From assembly GCA_025603075.1 (NCBI GenBank), contig MU626318.1, forward strand, positions 1-64,000: a DNA stretch of 64,000 bases. Direction: 5' to 3'. Shown here piece after piece: positions 63,605 to 64,000 of this stretch. The position numbers and the translations under genes are program-made. The notes under the pieces are model-generated. The model was not told the DNA's origin and ran no database searches. It saw nothing but the letters and a program-made list of their open reading frames with translations. Within the stretch, counting starts at the first letter, position 1. Each line of letters opens with the position of its first letter. The DNA is from Neoconidiobolus thromboides FSU 785. Lineage: Eukaryota > Fungi > Entomophthoromycota.

Positions 63605-64000
63605 TTTGTTATTAGCCAAGGATGCCTAATATGTTGCAAAATTTGGGCTAAAAAAGTGATGTTACTAAAAGACCAATTTGAATCCTAAATTTTCTAGTTA
63701 AAAATAATATTGCATCATTCTCTGAAATGATCAGGTTAAAAAAATGATCATTTAGTTGGTGCACACATGAACTTAAATGAGGTTGGTTTTTTAACTTATT
63801 TTTTTTAACCTGATCATTTTAGAAAACGCTGTATAATAACTCATTGTTTCATTATAACTAACAATTAGGTATTGACTATTTTTTATTAGTACAAAATACC
63901 CACTTTCACTTTCTAGTAGCTGTAATGCTGTAATGTGAAGACCAGTTATGGGTTAGTTCAAAGACTCAATTCAAACTTTATTCAATTTAATTTTGCAAAA

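Overview
AT-rich eukaryotic DNA, most likely an early-diverging fungus (inference from gene content: chitin GH16/CBM18, GPI19, MRPL20, KDM3-type JmjC, LITAF). The window alternates between two compartments. Compact, mostly intron-rich housekeeping blocks lie at ~14.6-29.5 kb (HAD+2H RNA-repair-like, UTP8/NOL11-like, GPI19, PMS1, MRPL20, zinc-knuckle, bHLH) and ~39-48.6 kb (LRR, UBC8, YAR1, PLP2, esterase, RRM-cyclophilin). Repeat-rich accessory blocks lie at 0-14 kb, 30-38 kb and 49-64 kb and hold intronless genes: an 8-Cys small secreted protein family, a KDM3-type JmjC demethylase with two decayed copies, a LITAF-like family, and a MAPEG gene/pseudogene pair. The main unannotated signal is a ~100-bp MITE-like element (GGGGATGT...ACATCCCC, AT-rich flanks) in ~22 copies. 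One copy has a filled/empty site pair inside a recent ~600-bp duplication, and another forms a composite around a solo LTR. There is an 895-N assembly gap at 5616-6510. All calls are by eye; no searches were run, and exon boundaries and repeat ends are approximate.
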